From NCBI GenBank assembly GCA_964016885.1, contig OZ024743.1, positions 20,088,001 to 20,152,000 of the forward strand: DNA of 64,000 bases, read 5' to 3'. This DNA is from Eledone cirrhosa. Lineage: Eukaryota. Under the pieces are notes generated by a model. That model was not told the origin of the DNA, ran no database searches, and saw only the letters and a list, made by a program, of their open reading frames with translations. The position numbers and the translations under genes are program-made. Shown piece after piece: positions 1 through 11,100 of this stretch (position 1 is its first letter; each line of letters opens with the position of its first letter).

Positions 1-762
1 ACACATCTGATTTATACATTATAATCATAGTCATTATAGGTGTATTTCTCTTGCAGTGTATTGAGACAGCCTTTCAGCATGTATAAGCTTTAAATATAGA
101 TAATAATAAAACCTGAAATGAAAATTATTAAGACTATTATTTATTCTAATTTTATAGAAATTGAAAGGTTACTCTTTTAAAATTAAAATAAAAAGAAACT
201 ATGCAGAATCACAATGCCCTAGAGATTAAAGCTGTTTTTCTTTTTGATTAAAAAAAAAAACATATGGTGAATTCATATATAGCCATTGGCATTGACTGTG
301 TCTTGTTAAAGAAAATAAAATGCCATGCCTCATTTACTAGACAACAATAAATACTAAATAATAGAAATAATAACTAACTGGAGAGGATTAAATAAGATTA
401 AAGTGCTGAGGTTGAAACTTTTCTTAATTCAATGAAAGTACATAGAATTCCATATTGTCTGAACAAACATTAAAATTCAATGGAAAATTTAAACTTCCTG
501 TGGTGATTTTACATATTCATTTTTTAAAGATAATATTAAGATGCCATATGGTGGGACCAAGCCCAAAACTAAATGCATATGAAACAAAATTTGTAGCCAA
601 ACAGCCATGCTTGTACTTAAATATTAATAACTTTCAGAAAGAAAAATGTCTATACTTTGCAAAAATTCCCCATCAAAGACATCTTTTGTCAGACACTCCA
701 TCTTTCAATTTTCAAAAATGGACTGATTCATCAATCATTCTCATTAACATCAATGCCATCAT

Positions 763-1150
763 CAACATCATCATCATCATCTTCCTCAACATCATCATCA
801 TCTTCACCACCAACATCATCATCATTCTCCCTATCAGTTTTGTCATCGTCATCATCATCATCATTTAACATGTTTTCTCTGCTAGGAATCATTGGTTGTG
901 TTGTCACAGACTGAGTAGTTCTTCAAATGTGCTGGGGATTGTATCTTACTTACATATTTTTCCAAACTCTATTGATAAACTGGGTGTCTGACATATATCT
1001 AATGCTCTCCTGAGTGTATTTTATCATGTTCCCAAAACTAGGGAAGGTGTCTTGTCTTTGACACAGCTGAAGAGTTTTCCCAGTCCTTTATTTGGCAGGT
1101 TTTCTATGGCTGGATGTCCTTACTGTCACCAAACACTTCACAGAGTTTAC
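763..1150 (-). mobile_element. Decayed RTE-type 3' tail or tail-sharing SINE with expanded (CAT)n
   Basis: (CAT)n at 763-864, then ttttctatggctggatgtccttactgtcaccaaac (~1099-1131), the reverse complement of the GGTTGGTGTTAGGAAGGGCATCCAGC tail motif seen intact at 36180. Confidence 0.55.
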
Positions 1151-3104
1151 TAGGTATGTTTATCATAGAGATTACAAACACTAGGTAGTTTGTCTTATCT
1201 ATGACATAACTGAAAAGTCCTCCCAAATAAACATGTAATGTAATACAGTATCTAATTGCTCCTGAAGATACATAGATATGAAGAAACTAGAAAACCCTAC
1301 CACTTCATTCATGAAAGCAGCAATATTTTTGTTTCCCTATGTATCAACTCCCAAAATGTCATATCTAAATAAAGTATAAGAGAAAGCAATAAAATAGGTA
1401 CTCTGTATCTCTTTGTGTTATAAAAGATGACTAAAAGGTTTAGCAACCGCAAGGGCATCTAGCTGTAAAATATCTCAAAGCATCCCATACAACCATGCCA
1501 GTAACAAAATGCAGAGGTAAAAACAATGATCATGATGAGGAGGATGATACTGCTGGTGGTGGTAGTGGTGGTGATATAACTGATGGCAATTATATAATTT
1601 GTGAAAATTACATGATTTTAAACTTCAGTGTTCTGTTTGTCTTTCTTGCATTAATGTATTTAGCTATAGAATATTTGTTAATCATACTTCAAAACAATGT
1701 GCAAAATACTAAAATCTATTTCTAGCCAAAAATCCTTTATTATAATACTGCATTCAATTCTTTTATACAAATGCCTATTCAATCAATCTAAAAAAAATTG
1801 TGATTTGAAAATGAGCATTACAATCTAGTGTTGTAGGATTAAACAGTTAAATAAAGACTCACGCAATTCTCCAGTAATGGTAAATTTTTACATCAAAACC
1901 TATGATTTACCACATCTAATTTTAGTCACTGCTAGCTACAATATATGCCTTTAAGAATCCTCATATCCTATATTTTCCAGAGTAAAAATTCATTAATAGA
2001 AAAAGTCCATTTGATAATTTTGGAAAATATCAAGATACTTGCCATTTCCTGTAATATACACAGAACTGAAAAATAAATGAGAGGAAACTCCATTAACAAA
2101 TATTGTGCATAATATGTTATGTTAGAATAATGGATTCCAATTACTAGTGTTATGTTGTCCATTAATTATAACAAAACCAAACGAGGCATATCTGGTTGGT
2201 TGATAGAAACCTCATAAAATGTTATAAATTACCAAATCATAAGCTAGAGATGCTACATATGATAACCTTAATTCAATATTCACTTTATTGATTTTTAATA
2301 TCTATTTACTTTATATTTTGCTGCCTTCCTACATCATTATTAATACCCATGAAGAAAGGTTTCAAATAACGACACTTGCTTTGAAAACTTTTTTTTCAAA
2401 TTGTTTTGTTAGATTAATTTGTTTGGAGGTTTTTCTTGTTTGTTGATTTGGTTTGTTTTTGCAAGAAAATAATTAGTAAGGATATTTTAGATAATCATCA
2501 TATAATAGCAAGTAAAAATAAGTATACAGTATGCTTTTGTTGCCATAAAAAAATAATTTTTAAATAATGTTGTATATGCTCTGACAACCAGTAGTCTCTC
2601 CTCAATTGATTTCTACTAAAAATTAAAGGAAGCTATCACTCCAGCTTTCATTGCTTAAGTCTGTTACTCCAGAAATACACTCAAAATTATTTTATCATTT
2701 TCATCCAAAAGAGTTTTTAAAAACGCAAAAAACAAATTTTCAATGTATCAGTGAAGCATAAATGGCTCCATTAGTCTAGACTGACCTCAAGAGTAAATTG
2801 TTCTAATCATCAACACAATCTATTACAAGTAATCTCTAGGGGTTCCACGTTTATCTTTGTATAATACACTCTTTCATATATTGTCCTATGCTACCAAAAC
2901 TAGCCACCTACATGCTTTTCATATGCTTTTGAAAAAATATATTTCCATTACAAGGAACAATAGATTATGCTTTCAAAAACATTTTTTGCTGGTGACTCCA
3001 TTTATAAAAGCACAATCAAAATTACTGTATCAAAATATGCTTGATGAGTTTTGTAACTAGTCCTTTCTAGCAGAGAAAACAGACATTAAATGATGATGAT
3101 TATG

Positions 3105-3330
3105 ATCATCATCATCATTTAACATTCACTTTCTCTGCTAGCAAGAAATGGACGGCTCTGCATAGACCGAATATGTACAGAAGCTAATCTACTGACCTCC
3201 CAGACAGGTTGGGGTCTGCATCTCATTTACATAATACAGTTCCTTGTTCTACTGAATGCATCAACACAAGGAAGGTTGTTTGGCAAGCTTTCTATGGCTG
3301 GATACCCTTACTATCACCAACCAGTTTACA
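3105..3330 (-). mobile_element. Decayed RTE-type 3' tail
   Basis: (CAT)n, then tttctatggctggatacccttactatcaccaacc; same motif as 763-1150. Confidence 0.45.
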
Positions 3331-4383
3331 ACAATATTGAGTGCATTTATCATATAGATCATCAAACACTAGGGAGGTTGTCATGTCCTTCAAACAACTG
3401 AGGATAATGATGATGATCATGATGCAATCTGGATATGAAATACAATAATTAGAAACAATAATTAATACAACCAATTATTGCAAGAATGTTTCTTAAAATA
3501 TCTTAAAACTTAAGACATATGTTCTATGGCCTCAGCCTATATACAATGGCTCCAATTGCTCAATGTAGCAGCCAAATCTACCAATATTGTATTGATCCAA
3601 GTTTTAATTCCTTACAAATTCTTATAAAATCCTGCTCCCCAATGAAGATAGGTTGATCATGGCTCAAATGCTGATTAAATACTGATTAAATACAAACCAA
3701 CACTATAGATCCAATATTTGTCTATCTAGTGTATTTCTTACATACCCTGTTTTATAAATCTCTTCAGGCAAAGCACACTAGTTACATTAACAACAATAAC
3801 AACACAAATGTCAATAAAATATATTGTATGTTTATTTGTGTTCTATCTATTCCATAACAGATGTGAATATAGCCACATGACAGCAAATAACTGTATGTCT
3901 TACAGTTGAAGCTGATGCTTCAACTTCTAAAGACAGGATATCTTTCAATCTAAACTAAGAAGCGCGGGACTGTGTACGGTTTATAATTTTTTATCCCATT
4001 AGTAAAATAAGTTGGATTACTTTGAATAAATAATGAATGAATATTACATAATTCATCTACTAAATTTCGTGGCTGTTGATTAAATATATTTTGTTTATTT
4101 AAAGATTCACTTCTTTAAAATTTCTGAAATGTCAACACTTCCAGTTGGCCATCGTTTAAATAAACATACTAATTTTCTGTCACTAATTTTCTCCTAATGC
4201 AGTTTATATATAATATCGTCTTTTTTAATGTATCATGGATTACGTTACTGATTAAATAAGACAGTGTAACGCAGTCTTCATTCAATTTCTATGTATTATA
4301 TATTGTCAATTCCGATTTTATTTGATGTATCATATCTACGTGTATATATACCTGCGTATAATATCAATATACACACTACACAT

Positions 4384-4423
4384 ACTAGCAGAAAACTACC
4401 CGAAGGGTGGTTTTTCTGCTAGT
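4384..4423. other. Near-perfect 40-bp hairpin; cUUCGg loop on the minus strand
   Basis: actagcagaaaactacccgaagggtggtttttctgctagt, with arms ACTAGCAGAAAA / TTTTCTGCTAGT. Confidence 0.8.
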
Positions 4424-5623
4424 TTATTTTAACATTCCAACCAAACATGCTCTGCTACAGGAAATTTAGTATCAATTTTAAATAACTTAATTATATTTGT
4501 TATATTTGTTGAATTGCACTCTATGTCTCCGTTTTCAAATTTATCATAATATAACATATTATAGGACCATTGGAAATGGAGGTGAGATATTGAAAATTGT
4601 ATCAACGTTGCATCCTTCTTGTATCAACGTTGCATACAGCTCATATATCATTGATATGTGTCAGTGTGAACAATAGTTCAGGTATCCCATTTTTTAAATG
4701 TGTTCAATACAATGTAACTTTAATTCACATCAATTAGCAAAACAGCACAAACACCAATAACATCTCTTTCGCTTGTTTACAGATTTAACTTTCATATTCT
4801 ACACAGTAATATGACAAAAGATTTTATTGATTTTTTCCTGTCTATATCTCTTTCCCCAAGCTAAATTTGTGTTTGTGCTTCTGCAAATTCAGGTATCTCA
4901 ATCTCAGATTGTATTTTTAAAGTATTTTGCACATCTAAACCTAATTGCTCATTTGGATTCTACTGATGATGAATGCTCTACATATATAGAAGTAAAACAC
5001 AAATAACATTTTGTGCATACCTCATAATAAACAAAATGTCTTCTGATAATATAAAGAAGTGCTACTAATAGTACACAGCATCTCAGTAGGTCAGGGTATT
5101 TTTGTGCAACAGTAGAAGATAGAGAAAAAAATACAACTGTTGCTTGACTTTCTTTAGCATATAACCATGAGATATCCTTTTTAGTGTGAGCATCATTGAT
5201 CATTTCTACAATATTGGAAACACTTTTCAACTCACCTTTTCCATGTAAATCATGTAATACCCATAAGATGTTCACTTTATATAGTCTTCTTTAATTTCTT
5301 TGTATTGGCAGTTATATTTTGCACAGCACCAATCTCTGCAAGCTGACACATAAGTCTCAACAATAAACAAATAAACATTTTGATGTTGGTGGACAGAATT
5401 GTGAGTGAATTGTTGGTTATGAAAGAAATTTATCAATAACAGATCAATTCTGCAACAAGTTTCGACTGTTATAAAAGTATTTCAAACCTAAAATAATTTC
5501 TGGAACAGTTTTATCATTTAAGGGTAGCATACATCATTATCAATCACTTCAAAATATTTTGATCAAGATGAAAACTCTTTTCATACTACAATAATGGGAT
5601 CCTGAGGCCTCTTTCAATATTAA

Positions 5624-5954
5624 CCCTTTAGCATTTAAACCAGCCATATCAAGCCAGAATTTACTCACCTCTTTCTGTTCAAACCAACAGTAACAGCTGC
5701 TCATACTTATGTTAAGGTATTGTTCTGAAAATAAATAATATTAAAATCTCATAGATTCAATATTATGTGAGATAATTATGTGAGGCAAGCCTTTAGTGTG
5801 AAAATATAATTGTTTCTACTTTAGGCACAAGGCCAGCAATTACCCAGTGCATTACTGGTACTTTATTTTATCGACCCCGTAAGGATGAAAGGCAAAGTCA
5901 ACCTTTAGTGTGAAAATATAATAGTAAATATAGAGTAATGTAAATGCTAAAGTG
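5624..5954. mobile_element. piggyBac-type MITE
   Basis: TTAA on both sides (5620-5623, 5955-5958); TIR CCCTTTAGCATTTA / TAAATGCTAAAGTG; second copy at 19782-19968. Confidence 0.8.
5811..5901 (-). mobile_element. 5'-truncated SINE inserted in the MITE
   Basis: Matches the 3' half of the SINE at 17069; flanked by the duplication cctttagtgtgaaaatataat (5790-5810, 5902-5922). Confidence 0.85.
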
Positions 5955-5974
5955 TTAAGCAGGTTAAGGCTTGA

Positions 5975-6160
5975 TTGATTGGCAGAATTGGTAGAATGCC
6001 CATAAAATTACCATTAGAGTTTGTTAACTATTTATCTTCTGAGTTCAAATCCTGCCAATGTCAACTTTGCCTTTCATCCTTCCAAGGTAAACAAAATACA
6101 GTACCAATCATGTACCCTTTACCAAAATTTGCCAGCCTTATGTTTCTATTAGAAACTAAT
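5975..6160 (+). mobile_element. tRNA-derived SINE (family of 17069)
   Basis: TGGCAGAATTGG A box, GAGTTCAAATCC B box, core actttgcctttcatcc. Confidence 0.75.
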
Positions 6161-6829
6161 ACTAAACAGTTTCGTTATAAATGTAGATAAGTGTAAACAT
6201 AATAGCTGCGACAGTTAGATAATTTAGCATCATATTATCTTTGATAGGATTTAAACAGTTTCATGTCATGTTTTCTTTGTATCACCATTGAAGAATCATA
6301 TCTGAAAGTATAAAAGTTTCATTTCATCAATTGTGAATTAGTCTATGTAATATAAGATATATTTCTTTCTCATAGGCCACTGGATTCTGAAAATATGGAT
6401 TCTGAAAATATGCCTGTAAGGAGGAAGTGTAGGAGAGGCACACCATCATCAATAAGATCATGGGCTGTGATGAAAGAAGTATGACAAACCAAGCAAATAA
6501 TTAATATTCCCACTGTAGTGGTAATAACCTAAACATAATCTCTACCGGACTCACGTTAAAACGGTAATGAACAAGATATAGATGAAGAAGATAAAATACT
6601 AAAAGTAGACAACCAACTAAAAGTAGATAATATTGCAGCTTTGTAGTTACCTGTATTTATGATTCATTGTTAATGGCATCCCTTATAGTTGTTGTTTACT
6701 TTTGTCTTTAATAAAAAAAAAAAGCAGATTTTTTTGTGATGACACAAGCATGTGATGAACCCAACATTTCGTTGGGTAAATGAACAAAGTCAAAACCCTT
6801 CACAGTTGAGGAAATTATTGATGATATTA

Positions 6830-7760
6830 TTCTATGGGTGGAGGTGAGCAAGAATTTCAACAAGTAACTCTTATGCAAAGAGCAAGAGTGATTCAGCCAA
6901 TGAAATTTGTGAAAGTGTTGTGGAAAATAGCAATTCAGGTGGACAAATTTGGTGTGGCCCTCTCTCAGCTAATACAGCTAATACTGATCACAGCTAATCT
7001 AGATAAAGGGTTGGTAGATATATTCACTGTGCCTTGTGTTGATTCAATCCATTAGCTTGCTTGCCATAATTACTTTTGAGCTGTGTATGTAACTATTTAA
7101 GTTTTTGTTCAGGAGCCCAGATCTGAGAGGGTTAATGATTTTTGTCACTTCTGTGTCAGGAAGATGATTGTTTTATTTGAAGGCTTCTTCCACTTGTCAA
7201 CAGTCAGGAGATATCAGTTCTATTTATTGCTGATAACCAGTAGAAGATTGTGTCAAAATATTCTGCCCATCTCTCAAAAATATGCTTGCTATCTGTGAAA
7301 TGTGTTGATGTCAGCACTTACAAGAAGATTGATGACCATAAACAGCTTTCAATGAGTCAGAGAACCACTTCCAGTTATATTTATTTGCATAATGCTGAGT
7401 TTATTTAGCTTTTTTTGTATTTTGGTAAGTCCAGGGTTTTTGCATAAACCCTGATATTTTCTGTATATTCTACCATTCCTATGAATACTGCTTTCTGTAA
7501 TAAATTAGTTGAATCACAGAAATAAGCATGTGTAATAAGTTAGTTGGATCATACTGACAGGCATCAAATATCCTGCCTTCTTCCTTGAGAAATTCTTGTA
7601 CCCTGTCATTATTTTTGTCAAACCAATCTTGGTGTTTTATGACTGTTGGACCCATGTGTTTGAGTGATGTGCTGTGCTGCACAGCTTGTCTCTCTGGTTT
7701 AACTATTCTACCTTAATACTTGTTTCACCAAACTGTAGGTTGGGTAACTTAGTGTTCAGA
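6830..7760 (-). pseudogene. Highly decayed RTE-clade LINE fragment
   Basis: KHQDWFDKNN (ORF 7479-7682) resembles the HQDWFDEN motif between endonuclease and RT of RTE elements; many stops. Confidence 0.5.
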
Positions 7761-8397
7761 TAATTTGTGAAGGTATTCTTATTCTGTAGTTTTCTTTTCG
7801 ATTTTATGATCATGGTAAGTACCAAAGAAGGTCTCTAATATTGTGTCACACACACATAATCTGAGACCTAGTATCGATTGCAGTAGAGAGGAAAGATAGA
7901 AAGTGATATAGCTTTAGTAAATGATACAGCCAGAATGTTTAGAGCTACAGTTTTCAGACAACATATAAAAGAGATATTTAAAAATTCATGGTGGAATCGT
8001 AAATAGACATGTAGATCTATACTGTATTAGAATAACTGAATCATTTTTCTTTTCTTATTTATTCGTATCAACACATTCAGTCGTAACCTTCTGGGAAACA
8101 GCAGTATTTTATTATTCAATATATTTTGTCATGAAACAAAATATATGAACAAAATATATCTTACTATCACAATTTTTTATTTCACACCTCAAAATTTCCT
8201 TGTATTTCATGGAGAAATTTGAGGATATGTTAAAGAGTATCAAGTCTAATAAACTAAATTATGCTCAAATTGGTTCATTAATTCATTTATTAATTATTAT
8301 AGACAATTGTGTTTTCATATCCATCTTTTTTAGTCATAATGCTAATGTTTAATGGAATAATTATTTTCGTCTATATCACTTTATATATATATATATA

Positions 8398-8597
8398 GGA
8401 GAAAGTATGACCCCGACGGCAGAGCTCAAGCCGTTTCGACAGCTATTTCTGGACTAAAGTGATTTTAGTTCAGAAATAGCCATCAAAACGGCTTGAGCTC
8501 TGCCGTTGGGGTCATACTTTCTCCCATTACCCACTCTACTACCCTAAGTATTGAGTACTCTGGTGCGTTATGGTCCATCGTTACCACAAGTCCTTTG

Positions 8598-8598
<1 letters not shown>
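8398..8598 (+). mobile_element. Penelope/retrozyme-like terminus: 127-bp palindrome containing an HHR 3' half
   Basis: Palindrome 8398-8524; minus arm reads gtcGAAAcggc-ttgagctct-gccgTC-ggggtcatac (stem III plus GTC triplet); flanked by (TA)n. Confidence 0.65.

Positions 8599-8656
<58 letters not shown>
8599..8656. repeat. (TA)n microsatellite
   Basis: About 29 TA units between two HHR-bearing elements. Confidence 0.95.
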
Positions 8657-8660
<4 letters not shown>

Positions 8661-9447
8661 AGAGCTAGTGAAAATATTTCCTATTTTCAAAAATACACAG
8701 TGACTGATCGGCCTGATTTGCATATTAGCAGACTAGCTGATCAGTCAGATCTGCATATTAGCAGATCCACTGATCAGCCAGATTTGCATATCAGCAGGCT
8801 GGCCAGTCAGTTTCCTGTATACAAGCGATAAATGGCCGGCTTTGCCAAATTCAAATAAAAAAGAAAATTTCGCTCTACATGGCTGAATACAATAAATGTA
8901 ATCGGAGTTTTTCGAATATTAATAATAACATTCGATTCGTTTGCAATTATGCAAACAAGCCTCAATTTTATAGCCATGTCAGTAGAATGAACACTTCATT
9001 CTTGCTCTTATGTTGGCATGCGAACAGAACTGCATTTCTTTTTTATTTGAATTTGGCAAAGCCGGCCATTTATCGCTCGTATACAGGAAATTGACTGGCC
9101 AGTCTGCTGATATGCAAATCTGGTTGATCAGTGGATCTGCTAATATGCAGATCTGACTGATCAGCTAGTCTGCTAATATGCAAATCAGACCGATCAGTCA
9201 CTGTGTATTTTTGAAAATAGCATATATTTTCACTAGCTCTGACAGTTTGGCAGGTGAACAGTGAGCTGTGCTGATGAAGGATGATACACAGAAACATTAG
9301 TGTCTGCATGTCTGTTAGCATGCCATCATAAGAGCAAGAATGAAGTGTTCATTCTACTGACATGGCTATAAAATTGAGGCTTGTTTGCATAATTGCAAAC
9401 GAATCAAATGTTATTATTAATATTTGAAAAACTCAGATTACATTTAT
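8657..9447. mobile_element. Retrozyme-like element with interlocking inverted repeats A-x-B-A'-HHR-B'
   Basis: A 8657-8866 is the reverse complement of 9035-9244; B 8892-9034 is the reverse complement of 9305-9447; HHR motif at 9267-9308; (TA)n on both sides. Confidence 0.8.
9267..9308 (+). ncRNA. Type I hammerhead ribozyme motif (partly decayed)
   Basis: tgtg-CTGATGA(9271-9277)-aggatgatacaca-GAAA(9291-9294)-ca-ttag-tgTC(C17=9304)-tgca; stem II imperfect, stem I with two G-U pairs. Confidence 0.65.
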
Positions 9448-9513
9448 ATATATATATATATATACATATATATACATATATATATATATACATACACACA
9501 CATACATACATTA

Positions 9514-11100
9514 CACTGTGTAACAACAATTTTTTTTTCTCTGTTCCTGGCTTGTAATCACTTTTTTTGTGTTGTTTAGGTCCCAAATAAATAAAAAAAA
9601 GTGCTATTAAACAGTTAAAAGTTTGAGTTTGTAAAAATTCTAAGCTCTTCACTAGAATTATTTGTATACTGGATTTTATGTTGTATGTAAGTTTAATTTG
9701 CTTATGTTAAATGATTTTTTTTATGTATGTTTCAGGTTAAATTAAAATTATAAAATAAAGAGTAATACCTAAAGAAAATTATAAAAGTGCAATAAAGTAT
9801 GAAATTGTTAAAAAGTGGATTAAAGAGATTTATTGATACTGGATTTTCGCACCCTTACTAAAGGGTAAGTTTTGTTTTAAACATTCGTCTCCAGGATGAA
9901 GCAGTGGAACTTGGTCAAGGAGGAAGTGCAGGTGACAAGTCAGAGAAGTCGACAACTTTTCTCAGTCTTTTACACTCTTAGGGATGGCCTCTGTTTCTGT
10001 CATGATGTGCCTGGACTGTTTGACGTTATTGGGGAGCCGTTTGTGCCCAAGTAGTGGCAGCTATTTATAGACAGCTCTACCACAATTTTGATGGGTGTCC
10101 TCCTCCACAATGGAAACAAGTTCCCGACAGCGCCCCTAGCTCATTCAGTCTGCCTGAAGGAAGATTACTACAGTGTGAAAGTCCTCTTGGAAGCTCTGCA
10201 ATACAACCAGTACAATTGGGAAATCATTGGAGACTTCAAGATGGTGGCTTTCCGGTGTGGACTCTAAGGAGGCTTTATCAAATTCCAATGCTTCCTCTGC
10301 CTTTGGGACAGCAGAGCCACCTCTGACCACTACATAAGAAAAACACTGGGAGCAGTGAACAGAATTTGAAGTTGGGACCCGGAACGTTATGTGGGAGCCA
10401 CTGGTTGATCCCAGGATTGTGCTCATGCTGCTACTGCACATTAAGTTGAGGTTGATGAAGCAATTTGTGAAGGCTCTCAACAAAGAATCAGCCGCTTATA
10501 AGTACCTTCTTGAGTTCTTCCCCAAGTTATCTGGGGCCAAAATCAAAGGTGGAATTTTTGTTGGACCTCAGATAAAGAAGGTGTTTGAGTCTACTGAGTT
10601 CTCCAATAAGCTCCATAGGATTGAGAGAACAGCATGTAACTGTTTCAAGGCAGTTGTTAAGGGCTTGCTGGGCAACTACAGAGCTGAAAACTACCAGCAA
10701 CTGGCGCAGGATCTGATAAAGGCTTTTGGCGCCATGGGATGCAGGATGTTGCTTAAACTCCATATGCTGGACGCTCACCTGGAAAAATTCAAGGACAATA
10801 TGGGCAATAAGTTGCAATATAGGCAATAAGTTGCTTTATGAGTGTTATTTGTTTTTACTTGTTTGCTTTTGATAAGCTTGTGTAATACAATAAATATATA
10901 CTCTGTTGATTTAATTATATGAACTGATACATTTCTAAAAAATGTGTTTTTTCTTGAAAAATATGAAAATTTCGAAATATGAAACTCCTGACCACAAACC
11001 CAAACTTCTGATTAAATAATAGTGTTTTTTTATAATAATGGGATATAACAAACCAGGAAATGACACTTAGAACCGGGAACCAAATATATGTTACACAGTG
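9514..11100 (+). mobile_element. Chapaev3-type (CMC superfamily) DNA transposon, internally deleted
   Basis: TIR CACTGTGTAACA...TGTTACACAGTG; 3-bp TSD TTA (9511-9513, 11101-11103); transposase motifs inside. Confidence 0.85.
9830..10810 (+). pseudogene. Chapaev3 transposase, frameshifted
   Basis: LFIDSS...LLHNGNK...IIGDFKMV...CFLCLWDSRA...LHIKLRLMKQFVKAL...GIFVGPQIK...LKLHMLDAHL. Confidence 0.85.

Noticed and set aside
455-914. ORFs with poly-Ile or poly-Ser
   Set aside because: Translations of a (CAT)n microsatellite.
1262-1295. CTGAAGA...GAAAC hammerhead candidate
   Set aside because: No UH triplet and no stem I.
8657-9244. Simple MITE/foldback with 210-bp TIRs, or DIRS-type ITR/ICR structure
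   Set aside because: Does not explain the HHR in 9245-9304 or the B/B' boundary falling on the cleavage site; no tyrosine recombinase or RT is present. Not formally excluded.
8493-9652. ORFs with repeated DLHISR
   Set aside because: Artefact of the 33-bp subrepeats and TA tracts in a non-coding element.
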